Shown: positions 24,794 through 32,000 of the stretch, in pieces | Layout of the letters: each line of letters opens with the position of its first letter | Numbering within the stretch: the stretch's first letter is position 1 | Assembly (NCBI GenBank): GCA_964401865.1 | Contig: CAYNZZ010000002.1 | Coordinates: 30,001-62,000, forward strand | Direction of reading: 5' to 3' | Source of the DNA: an uncultured Erysipelotrichaceae bacterium | Lineage (GTDB): Bacteria > Bacillota_I > Bacilli_A > Erysipelotrichales > Erysipelotrichaceae | Length of the DNA: 32,000 bases | The notes under the pieces: model-generated | What the model saw: only the letters and a program-made list of their open reading frames with translations | Told to the model about the DNA's origin: nothing | Databases searched by the model: none | Position numbers and translations under genes: made by a program

Positions 24794-26784
24794 TGCGTGT
24801 TGCTTTATTTACTGATACATACTTGCCTGATGTAAATGGTGTAGTTACATCAATTGAACTGTTGCGTCAGGAACTAGAAAAAAACGGTCATGATGCATAT
24901 GTTGTATGTACTTATCCAGGCATTATGAAAATTAAACAAGATGGTAAGATTATTAGACTACCTGGCATTGAACTTAAACAATTGTATGGTTATGCCATGG
25001 CTAGTCCTATTCACTATCTTTTTATCGATGACCTAAAGAAGTTAAATTTTGATATTATTCATGTTCATACTGAATTCGGAGTTGGCATTTTCGCAAATAT
25101 AGTTGCTAAGCAACTACACATTCCACTTGTAAGAACGTATCATACTACATATGAAGATTATACACACTATATTAATTTTACTCATTTAGAAAGTATTGAT
25201 AAATTGGCGAAAAAGGCTGTTTCAGCCATTTCTAAGGCTTATGGAGATTCATGTATGCAATTAATTGCCCCATCGCGCAAAACTAAAAATATGTTACTTA
25301 GCTATGGAATAAAAACACCAATCTCTATCATTCCAACTGGTATAGAACTATCTAGATTTAAAAGAGAAAATACATCGATTGAGACAATTAAAAAGACAAG
25401 ATCAGAATTGGGTGTTAAAGACGATGAAAAAATGCTACTTTATGTCGGAAGAATCGCTCAAGAAAAATCTATTGATTTGATCATTAGAACTTTTAAGAAT
25501 ATAAAAGCTGATGGTCTTAAAGTAAAATTGGTTATTGTTGGTGGCGGACCGCAATTAGATGATTTAAAGAAAATGACTGATAATTACCAATTGAATGGTT
25601 ATATAGTTTTTGTGGGAAAAGTGCCATTTGATAATGTGCCGACTTATTATCATAGTGCTGATGCATTTATCAGTGCTTCAACTACTGAAACTCAAGGTAT
25701 GACATATATTGAAGCACTTTCTAGCGGGTTAGTTGTTTTTGCGCGCTATGATGAAGTTTTGGATGATATTGTATATGATAATGAAAATGGGTTCTTATTT
25801 AATGACGAAGAAGAATTGTTAGTTAAGATAAAAGAATTCTTATCATTAGATGACAGTCGAATAAATCAAATGTCTAAAAAATCAATTGAATCAACAATAA
25901 ATTATAATGCTGATATATTTGGTAAAAATATAATCGAGTTATATAACAAGGCTTTGAATGATTTTACCGATAATTATATAATCAGTGCTGTTCGTTTGAA
26001 AAGTGACTATGTGGTGATTGACATAACTTCTAGTAATGGTCAGGAAGAAAAAATTTATGTATCGCTTGATCAGTATTATGATTTTGGTCTTAGAAAAGAT
26101 GGGAAGCTAACTTTTAGTCAATATGATGAAATCAAGAAGAACGAAGGTTGTGTTTTGGCATATCGTGCTAGTTTAAAAAGATTAGCCAATCGAGATTATA
26201 CGGTTAAAGAAATGTATGATTATTTAAATAAGAATTATAATCTTGATATTAAACAAATCAATAAGATTATTGATAAGCTAATCGAAATTAATTTGTTAGA
26301 TGATTACCGTTATTGTTTATACAAGATCGAAACTTATGAAAAGGCCTTATATTCGCAAAAAAAGATTATTCAAAATTTGCGTAAAGTCGGTGTACCTTTA
26401 AATATCATTGAAGAACTTGTTATTGATAAAAAAGATGAAGATGAAGAATTCAATAAAGCGATGAAACTGGCTGAAAAATACCAGGCTCAGATTCATAACA
26501 AATCTTTAAATATGAAAAAACAGCTTATTTTTAAAAAACTGGTGCAAGAAGGTTTTGCGATAGATATAGCTAATAAGGCATTATCTTTATTGTCTTTTCA
26601 AGAGGAAACATTTGAAGAAAAGTTTTTGCTGCGCAAAGAGGCGAATAAAGCTAAATCAAGATTTGAAAAGAAGTATCATGGAACCGAATTGAGAAATAGA
26701 ATATATCATTCATTGGTATCAAAAGGTTTCAATATTGATGCAGTATATGCGATTTTAAATGAAATGGAGTGGAATGATGACTAA
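24793..26784 (+). CDS. Fusion protein: GT4 glycosyltransferase (alMGS-like monoglucosyl-diacylglycerol synthase type) joined to a full-length RecX-like C-terminal domain
   Basis: N-terminal about 390 aa: MRVALFTDTYLPDVNGVVTSI, ETQGMTYIEALSSG (GT4). C-terminal about 270 aa (from about nt 25966): IISAVRLKSDYVVIDI...YDFGLRKDGKLT...AYRASLKRLANRDYTVKEMYDYL...HSLVSKGFNIDAVYAILNEM follows the firmicute RecX layout. The frame is continuous with no stop or internal SD/ATG at the junction. Confidence 0.75.
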   Translation: MRVALFTDTYLPDVNGVVTSIELLRQELEKNGHDAYVVCTYPGIMKIKQDGKIIRLPGIELKQLYGYAMASPIHYLFIDDLKKLNFDIIHVHTEFGVGIFANIVAKQLHIPLVRTYHTTYEDYTHYINFTHLESIDKLAKKAVSAISKAYGDSCMQLIAPSRKTKNMLLSYGIKTPISIIPTGIELSRFKRENTSIETIKKTRSELGVKDDEKMLLYVGRIAQEKSIDLIIRTFKNIKADGLKVKLVIVGGGPQLDDLKKMTDNYQLNGYIVFVGKVPFDNVPTYYHSADAFISASTTETQGMTYIEALSSGLVVFARYDEVLDDIVYDNENGFLFNDEEELLVKIKEFLSLDDSRINQMSKKSIESTINYNADIFGKNIIELYNKALNDFTDNYIISAVRLKSDYVVIDITSSNGQEEKIYVSLDQYYDFGLRKDGKLTFSQYDEIKKNEGCVLAYRASLKRLANRDYTVKEMYDYLNKNYNLDIKQINKIIDKLIEINLLDDYRYCLYKIETYEKALYSQKKIIQNLRKVGVPLNIIEELVIDKKDEDEEFNKAMKLAEKYQAQIHNKSLNMKKQLIFKKLVQEGFAIDIANKALSLLSFQEETFEEKFLLRKEANKAKSRFEKKYHGTELRNRIYHSLVSKGFNIDAVYAILNEMEWNDD

Positions 26785-27712
26785 AAAAATAAAGGATTTT
26801 AAAGAGGGTGAACACGTTAATACTCTCTTGCTTCTAACTTCACTTGTTAAAGGAACGACCAATAATGGTGCTCCATACTTAACATTAGTTATTCAGGATG
26901 ATACTCAAAGTATTGAAGCGAAAATGTGGGATGTAAAACCGAATATTGAAAAGGAATTGGAAGTAGGGAAGGTATTTGAGTTTGACCTTGAGATAATTAA
27001 ATATCGAAACGCATTGCAAGCAAAAGTTATTAAAGTTTTGCCTGTTCAACAAAAAGATGTAAAGAAAGAAGATTTTATCTTTAAATCGCCAATTGAAAAA
27101 GAAGATTTACGTAAATTTATTCAAGACACTATTCACCGCATCAATAACTTGAAAATCGCTAAGATTGTCAGCTCGTGTTTAAAATATTATGAAAATGAAT
27201 TTTATGAGTATCCGGCTGCCAGTAAGATTCATCACAGTTTTATGGGTGGATTGGCAACTCATACTTATGGTATGTGTAAATTAGCTATTGCGATATGTGA
27301 TATTTATCCTGATTTGTCATCAGATTATCTGTTAGCTGGCGTTATTTTACACGATTTAGGAAAGATTGAAGAGTTATCTAGTCCGGTTGTTACTGAATAT
27401 ACCAAAGAGGGAAAACTACTTGGTCACATCTCGATTCTTCAAGCTCGTCTATTAGAAATAGGCAAAGAATTGCAGTTAGAAGACAGCGAAGAATTATTGA
27501 TTTTGAGACATATGGTTTTAGCTCATCATGGACAATATGAGTTTGGCTCGCCAGTAAGACCAGAAACTATTGAAGCTGAGATATTGTACTTAATTGATAA
27601 TATCGATGCAAGAATCAATACTATTCAAAAAGCTTTTGAACAAATTGAAGTTGGTGAATTTACGCCAAGATTATTCTCACTTGATAATCGTTCATTTTAT
27701 AAACATCAATAA
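26777..27712 (+). CDS. yhaM: 3'-5' exoribonuclease YhaM (OB-fold plus HD domain)
   Basis: IKDFKEGEHVNTLLLLTSLVKGTTNNGAPYLTLVIQDDTQSIEAKMWD (OB fold), then HHSFMGGLATHT and ILHDLGK (HD domain). GGAG at 26766-26769. The start overlaps the fusion gene's stop. ATG 26774 is an alternative start. Confidence 0.9.
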   Translation: MTKKIKDFKEGEHVNTLLLLTSLVKGTTNNGAPYLTLVIQDDTQSIEAKMWDVKPNIEKELEVGKVFEFDLEIIKYRNALQAKVIKVLPVQQKDVKKEDFIFKSPIEKEDLRKFIQDTIHRINNLKIAKIVSSCLKYYENEFYEYPAASKIHHSFMGGLATHTYGMCKLAIAICDIYPDLSSDYLLAGVILHDLGKIEELSSPVVTEYTKEGKLLGHISILQARLLEIGKELQLEDSEELLILRHMVLAHHGQYEFGSPVRPETIEAEILYLIDNIDARINTIQKAFEQIEVGEFTPRLFSLDNRSFYKHQ

Positions 27713-27804
27713 TATTTAAGTAAATGCCACAATAGTCACATAAGGTTTATGGAGGTATTTATTTTTCATGAATATAATTAAGAGTTAATGAAATCGGAAC
27801 ATTT

Positions 27805-27832
27805 AAAAAGGAGGACACTAGTCCTCCTTTTT
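27805..27832. terminator. Bidirectional intrinsic terminator between convergent yhaM and HIT genes
   Basis: AGGAGGAC (27809-27816), loop ACTA, GTCCTCCT (27821-27828), flanked by an A-run 5' and a T-run 3'. Confidence 0.85.
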
Positions 27833-27838
27833 AGAGCG

Positions 27839-28231
27839 TTATTTATTAATCTTTTCTAATAATGATTTTAAATCAAATTCATTTTCATGAAAGTTGATCT
27901 CGATTGTGTCGTTTTCGTCATATCTAGGAATGATATGAAAATGTAAGTGCATCACTGTTTGTCCGGCTATTTCATTGGTATTTACTAGCAGATTAAATCC
28001 TTTAGCATTTAAATTAGTAACGACCTTATTAGCAACTTCCTGAACCTTTACAATCATCTTTGCAAGTTCATCAGCAGGAATAGCTAAGACATTTTCGTAA
28101 TGCTTTTTAGGCATAACAAGTGTATGTCCTAAAGTAGTTTGCGAGATATCTAAGATAGCTAAAACATCATCATCTTCATAAATCTTGTATGATGGAATTT
28201 CGCCATCAATTATTTTGCAAAATACACACAT
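27839..28231 (-). CDS. HIT family (histidine triad nucleotide-binding) protein
   Basis: CVFCKII N-terminus and the histidine triad HLHFHIIPR. 130 aa. TAATG overlap with the upstream gene on the minus strand. Confidence 0.92.
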   Translation of the reverse strand: MCVFCKIIDGEIPSYKIYEDDDVLAILDISQTTLGHTLVMPKKHYENVLAIPADELAKMIVKVQEVANKVVTNLNAKGFNLLVNTNEIAGQTVMHLHFHIIPRYDENDTIEINFHENEFDLKSLLEKINK

Positions 28232-29103
28232 TATTTTAATGACTCATATTGAGAACTAACTAAATCGTAAGTTCTTTGATCGTAGAATTGGATATCGTGT
28301 TTACCAAAGAAGTAGTTAATAGCATCAGCTAATTCAAATTTATTTAATAATGTTTCAATAAATTCATCTTTAAAGTTACTAGCATCTCTATCAATGATAT
28401 TTATAACATAGTATCTAGTTTCAGCGACTTCATTACCAGTACTATCAGTAGTAGTTGTTGAAGTATTGATAATATCTGATAAACCAATTTTGGTAGTGTC
28501 GGCATTTAGATATTCCTTGATTTCGATTGCAAGTGAATCGCTATCTAAATAAACTTTAGCACTTGCATCACTTGAATAACCATTACTCGATACAACTTCA
28601 GTGAAATCTTTACCTGCATTAACTTCTTCAATTACTTTATTTGCTGTGTCGAGATCAGAAAAGTAAGCTAATTGCATTTTAACAGGTTTGTTTTCATCTG
28701 CGTATTGGTCAAAGTTTAAATCGATGTATTGATTAGCTAATTCTTCAGAACAAATTGAAGCTACTATATTTTCTTTAAGAGCATCTTTTCCACCGTAGTA
28801 GTATTCAAGTTGACTATAGTATGAACCATAAGTCTGTTCCATCATTTCTAATCTTTCATCAGCTTGTTTTTCTACTTCTTCCAAGTCGATTCCTTCTGTT
28901 TGGCTGACTTTAGCAATTAATTTATTGATAATAATCGCTGAGTAATCGTTGTTTTGCATTGAAGTAAATAAGTCTTGCTTAGTGACATTTTCCTTTTCTT
29001 TGCTGATGATAATTTCATCACCACCGCTAACAAGTACTTTTTCTGAATTTGAACAAGCAGATAATAATAGAACGGATAATATTCCAATTAATAATTTTTT
29101 CAT
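28231..29103 (-). CDS. PrsA-like lipoprotein with a degenerate parvulin-like region
   Basis: Lipobox LLSAC after a signal peptide. The central region follows the parvulin layout (AGKDFTEVV...), but both conserved His positions are replaced (MQLAYF instead of SHILV, RYYVINII instead of GYHIIK). Confidence 0.6.
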   Translation of the reverse strand: MKKLLIGILSVLLLSACSNSEKVLVSGGDEIIISKEKENVTKQDLFTSMQNNDYSAIIINKLIAKVSQTEGIDLEEVEKQADERLEMMEQTYGSYYSQLEYYYGGKDALKENIVASICSEELANQYIDLNFDQYADENKPVKMQLAYFSDLDTANKVIEEVNAGKDFTEVVSSNGYSSDASAKVYLDSDSLAIEIKEYLNADTTKIGLSDIINTSTTTTDSTGNEVAETRYYVINIIDRDASNFKDEFIETLLNKFELADAINYFFGKHDIQFYDQRTYDLVSSQYESLK

Positions 29104-30107
29104 TATTCTGCCTCGCTTTCGTTTAATCTGGTTTCTAATTCGCTCTTAAATCCTTCGTCTACAATGTTGATATTCAATTCTTGAGCTTTTTCCAGGATGA
29201 TTTGAGCGTATAGATTTGAATGAAGATCAAACAGTTGTGATATGAAGTCTTGATTATCCAATAAAGTATCGACAGTTGAAGCATTACATTTGATGATATG
29301 ATAACCAAATTGAGTTACGATGACATCGCTAACTTCGCCTTCATTTAATTTCATTGATGCATCAGCGAATTCACTAACATATTTTGATTTGCTGTCTTCA
29401 TCAATTAAACCTAAATATCCACCATTGGTATTGCTTGAATCTTCTGAGTAGTCATATGCAACCTGAGCGAAATCTTCGCTTTGAAGTTTTTCTAATACCT
29501 CGTTTAATTTTGCGGTTTCTTCTTCAGTTGGATTAGCTTTATGAGTTACTGTTCCATCTTCGTTTTTAATCTCTTCTACATCTGCAACTTTAATCAAGAT
29601 ATGTGAAATAGTTCTTGGAGATTTTTCCATATATGGAGTAACATATTCTTCTTCGTGAGCTAAGAAATATTCTTTTGATAAAGCGTAATTCTTTTGCAGA
29701 TAAATATAATAGTTCGCAAGATCATCAATACCATTAAATCCCAATGAACGCAGATCGGCATCTAATGTATCTCTGTCATAAGAACTTAGTAGATATTGAG
29801 CATTATTACTAGCTACAGTTTTCATTTCACTAGTTGTATCAACGGCACTTTCAACTACCAATCTATCAAGTGCTCTATATGATGAATCAAAACCATATCT
29901 TGAATATAGTTCATCGTATAATTCATCAGCATAATATGACTCGCCATCGATGCTGTATATGACATATGAATCGTCTTGTTTTAAAGTTTTGATTTCTTTT
30001 TCGCTATTAGCATTCATTTCAACGGCGTAGAAGATGACAAATACTACTGCTAATATTGCTAATGTAAAGACAAACCAATACTTTTTGATTAAATCTTTTG
30101 TTTTCAT
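29103..30107 (-). CDS. Membrane-anchored parvulin-type peptidyl-prolyl isomerase (PrsA/PpiC-like)
   Basis: N-terminal TM anchor with no lipobox Cys. Intact parvulin motifs SHILIKV, GGYLGLI and FGYHIIKC. AGGAGG is present upstream (CCTCCT at 30113-30118 on the + strand). Confidence 0.85.
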   Translation of the reverse strand: MKTKDLIKKYWFVFTLAILAVVFVIFYAVEMNANSEKEIKTLKQDDSYVIYSIDGESYYADELYDELYSRYGFDSSYRALDRLVVESAVDTTSEMKTVASNNAQYLLSSYDRDTLDADLRSLGFNGIDDLANYYIYLQKNYALSKEYFLAHEEEYVTPYMEKSPRTISHILIKVADVEEIKNEDGTVTHKANPTEEETAKLNEVLEKLQSEDFAQVAYDYSEDSSNTNGGYLGLIDEDSKSKYVSEFADASMKLNEGEVSDVIVTQFGYHIIKCNASTVDTLLDNQDFISQLFDLHSNLYAQIILEKAQELNINIVDEGFKSELETRLNESEAE

Positions 30108-30130
30108 AAATTCCTCCTAAACACCACGTT

Positions 30131-30159
30131 ATTATATAATACTAATTTTTTTTATACAA
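30131..30159 (-). promoter_or_regulatory. Candidate promoter for the minus-strand PPIase operon
   Basis: On the minus strand: TTGTAT (30159-30154), 17-nt spacer, TATAAT (30136-30131). Confidence 0.45.
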
Positions 30160-30227
30160 TTTATACCGGTAAAATTCAGCTAAAATTCAGTTTATAGATT
30201 GTATTTAAAGCTTAGTTTGCGGTATTA

Positions 30228-30236
30228 TGTTATAAT
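30228..30236 (+). promoter_or_regulatory. Candidate extended -10 promoter for sufC
   Basis: TGTTATAAT (TGnTATAAT) lies 19 nt upstream of ATG 30256. AGGAGG at 30245-30250. No good -35 element. Confidence 0.45.
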
Positions 30237-30255
30237 TTTCTAGCAGGAGGTAATT

Positions 30256-31083
30256 ATGGCACACTGTTTACAAATAAAAGACTTACATGTTCAAGTTGAA
30301 GATAAAGAAATATTAAAAGGTTTAAATTTAACAATCAATAGTGGTGAAATACACGCTATTATGGGGCCTAATGGCAACGGTAAATCAACATTACTACAAA
30401 CTATAATGGGCAATCCAAGTTATACTGTCAGTCAAGGCGAAATTCTTTATGATGGTAAAGATGTTTTAAAAATGACTGTTGACGAAAGAAGCAGAGCTGG
30501 GATCTTTTTGGCTATGCAATATCCTAAAGATATTCCTGGTGTTACTAATTCAGACTTTTTAAAGGCAGCAATGAATTCCAGAAGAGAAGAACCGATATCG
30601 CTTTTTACTTTTATTAAAGAGATTGAAGCTAATATCAAAAAATTACATATGAAAGATGATTTGGCTCATCGTTTTGTAAATGATGGTTTTTCTGGCGGTG
30701 AAAAAAAACGTAATGAAATACTTCAAATGTTGATGCTTAAACCGAGTTTGGCAATGTTAGACGAAATAGATAGCGGTTTAGATGTCGATGCAATCAAGAT
30801 AGTTTCATCAGCCATTGAAGATTATTGTTTAAATAATGATTCAATGTTGCTTGTCGTATCACATTATGAAAGATTTTTTACAATGATTCACCCAACGCAC
30901 TCTCATGTCATTGTTGATGGCAAAATCGTGGTTGAAGGTGATTATGAACTAGTTGAAAAAATAGATAATGATGGTTATGACTGGTTATACAAAGAATTAA
31001 ATATTTCATTTGTTAAAGAGATGAAACCGATGGTATATAGCTTAGGCACCTGTGCTAATAACAAGAGGCTAAAAAATGAGTAA
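30256..31083 (+). CDS. sufC: Fe-S cluster assembly ATPase SufC
   Basis: Walker A GPNGNGKST, signature FSGGEKKRNEILQ, Walker B LAMLDEIDSGLD, H-loop SHY. About 25 extra C-terminal residues relative to the usual end near GYDWL. Confidence 0.93.
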   Translation: MAHCLQIKDLHVQVEDKEILKGLNLTINSGEIHAIMGPNGNGKSTLLQTIMGNPSYTVSQGEILYDGKDVLKMTVDERSRAGIFLAMQYPKDIPGVTNSDFLKAAMNSRREEPISLFTFIKEIEANIKKLHMKDDLAHRFVNDGFSGGEKKRNEILQMLMLKPSLAMLDEIDSGLDVDAIKIVSSAIEDYCLNNDSMLLVVSHYERFFTMIHPTHSHVIVDGKIVVEGDYELVEKIDNDGYDWLYKELNISFVKEMKPMVYSLGTCANNKRLKNE

Positions 31084-31822
31084 GGTCATAAATATCGTAA
31101 ATGAAAAACCGCTTTTAATCAGTGAAAAAGAAGATGCTAATATTATGATTATTATCGATTCAAATAAAGCGAATATAAGTTATGAATTTAAGGGTGGTAA
31201 CTATAATATTTTTATCTATCGTAAATCTAAGAACTTAGATTTAAGGGAAAGTGCTATTCTTTCAAATGAGACTAATTTGAATATTAGTTATTTAGATCTT
31301 GAAGATAATGATTTAATTCAAAACTCAGCTTTTACATTAAATGCTCGTTCTGTTTTAAATTTAAATTCGATATATTTAGGCAGCAAAAACAAAGATATTA
31401 ATTTTGATATCACCAATAAAGGTGCTCATAGCGAGGCTTATGTCAGTAATTCGATAGTTGCTCTTAAGGACTCAGATTTGAAATTAAATGTTATCGGCAA
31501 TATTGTAAGTGGGGCTAAATCTTCTATCCACCATCAAAAAAGTCGCTGTTTAACTATCGATTCATTAACTAAGGCTTTGATAAGACCAGTATTAAATATT
31601 GATGAGAATGATGTTGTGGCATCACATTCTCTATCATCAGGCACTATTGATGATGAAGTTTTATATTACATGAATGCTCGCGGCTTAGATAAGAATAGTG
31701 CTTTGTTGCTGATGATTGAAAGTTATCTTTCATTTGAACCATCACTTTATAAATTATTCGACGGTGGTGAGAACATTGAAGAAGAGAATAGAAAGAAAGT
31801 GAAAAGCTTATGTTTGATGTAA
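31076..31822 (+). CDS. sufD: SufD-like Fe-S assembly protein, short form (248 aa)
   Basis: C-terminal SufB/SufD beta-helix pattern (HHQKSRCLTIDSLTKALIRPVLNIDENDVVASHSLSSGTIDDEVLYYMNARGLDKNSALLLMIESYL). Overlaps sufC by 8 nt. Confidence 0.8.
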   Translation: MSKVINIVNEKPLLISEKEDANIMIIIDSNKANISYEFKGGNYNIFIYRKSKNLDLRESAILSNETNLNISYLDLEDNDLIQNSAFTLNARSVLNLNSIYLGSKNKDINFDITNKGAHSEAYVSNSIVALKDSDLKLNVIGNIVSGAKSSIHHQKSRCLTIDSLTKALIRPVLNIDENDVVASHSLSSGTIDDEVLYYMNARGLDKNSALLLMIESYLSFEPSLYKLFDGGENIEEENRKKVKSLCLM

Positions 31823-32000
31823 ATAAAATCCGTAACGATTTTCCAATGTTTAAAAATAATCCTAATTTAATATATTTTGATTCAGCAGCCACTTCATATA
31901 AACCACAATGTGTAATTGATGAAGTGATGAATTATTATACTAATAAGACAGTTAATATTCATCGTGGCGACTACGATCTATCTTTTGAAGTTTCTAATGA
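31810..32000 (+). CDS. sufS: Cysteine desulfurase SufS, 3'-truncated by the window edge
   Basis: Absent from the ORF track because it has no stop in the window. My translation from ATG 31810 is MFDVNKIRNDFPMFKNNPNLIYFDSAATSYKPQCVIDEVMNYYTNKTVNIHRGDYDLSFEVSN, the canonical SufS/CsdA N-terminus. Overlaps sufD by 13 nt. Confidence 0.88.
   Translation, partial: MFDVNKIRNDFPMFKNNPNLIYFDSAATSYKPQCVIDEVMNYYTNKTVNIHRGDYDLSFEVSN

Noticed and set aside
27713-27804. Possible small RNA or mini-ORF in the yhaM/HIT convergent spacer (TATAAT at 27773-27778)
   Set aside because: There is no matching -35 or extended -10, and only about 45 nt would be transcribed before the terminator. Nothing structured or conserved-looking is apparent from the sequence alone.
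509-31892. Short sense and antisense ORFs in the track (e.g. 509-727, 924-1109, 1911-2096, 3000-3203, 3863-4045, 4565-4747, 4657-4860, 5073-5282, 6248-6562, 6443-6664, 8116-8349, 8518-8715, 10061-10279, 11372-11596, 12504-12713, 13239-13433, 13836-14099, 16431-16628, 17062-17286, 18108-18329, 18349-18543, 18515-18724, 19603-19785, 30447-30638, 31644-31892)
   Set aside because: All are embedded in or overlap strongly supported genes. They have odd composition (Ile/Leu/Lys/Ser-rich, typical of off-frame AT-rich DNA), no recognisable motifs and no convincing ribosome-binding sites.
1-32000. Mollicutes-type genetic code (TGA = Trp), considered because of the very low GC and Acholeplasma-like glycolipid enzymes
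   Set aside because: TGA clearly terminates well-defined genes (uppS at 2888-2890, cdsA at 3646-3648, the Phd-like ORF at 8163-8165), and conserved Trp positions use TGG.
1-32000. CRISPR arrays, tRNA/rRNA genes, insertion sequences, integrases and prophage genes
   Set aside because: I found no repeat-spacer periodicity, cloverleaf-like segments, transposase- or integrase-like ORFs, or terminal inverted repeats. Intergenic regions are short (about 80-160 bp) and are explained by promoters and terminators.

Overview
This is an AT-rich (by eye roughly one-third G+C), gene-dense chromosomal segment from a low-GC Gram-positive bacterium (Bacillota). The Acholeplasma/Streptococcus-type glycolipid glycosyltransferases and overall gene content suggest an Erysipelotrichia-like lineage, but that is only a guess. 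Standard code 11 applies because TGA acts as a stop. I support 29 CDS, 26 on + and 3 on -. I saw no rRNA, tRNA, CRISPR array, transposase or integrase. Layout in order: (1) a housekeeping block tsf | pyrH-frr-uppS-cdsA-dxr, the last five chained by 1- or 4-nt stop/start overlaps; (2) rseP, a DUF368 membrane protein and galE; (3) an accessory-looking four-gene envelope operon at 7950-13791, consisting of a Phd/YefM-like small protein, a bitopic beta-rich protein, a 991-aa GH73 glucosaminidase and a kinase-less multi-PASTA protein; (4) a MATE exporter plus an ATP-grasp enzyme; (5) monocistronic pyruvate:ferredoxin oxidoreductase; (6) a YgiQ radical-SAM gene overlapping a DUF4430 gene and a small polytopic membrane protein gene; (7) a glycolipid operon of GT4, a UPF0104 flippase-like protein, a GT4::RecX fusion and yhaM; (8) a minus-strand operon of a parvulin PPIase, a PrsA-like lipoprotein and a HIT protein; (9) the start of sufCDS. 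The best candidates for something undescribed are the Phd-led peptidoglycan module, the full-length GT4::RecX fusion inside the glycolipid operon, and the coupled YgiQ/DUF4430/membrane-protein triad. All family assignments come from motif and pattern recognition by eye, with no database search.
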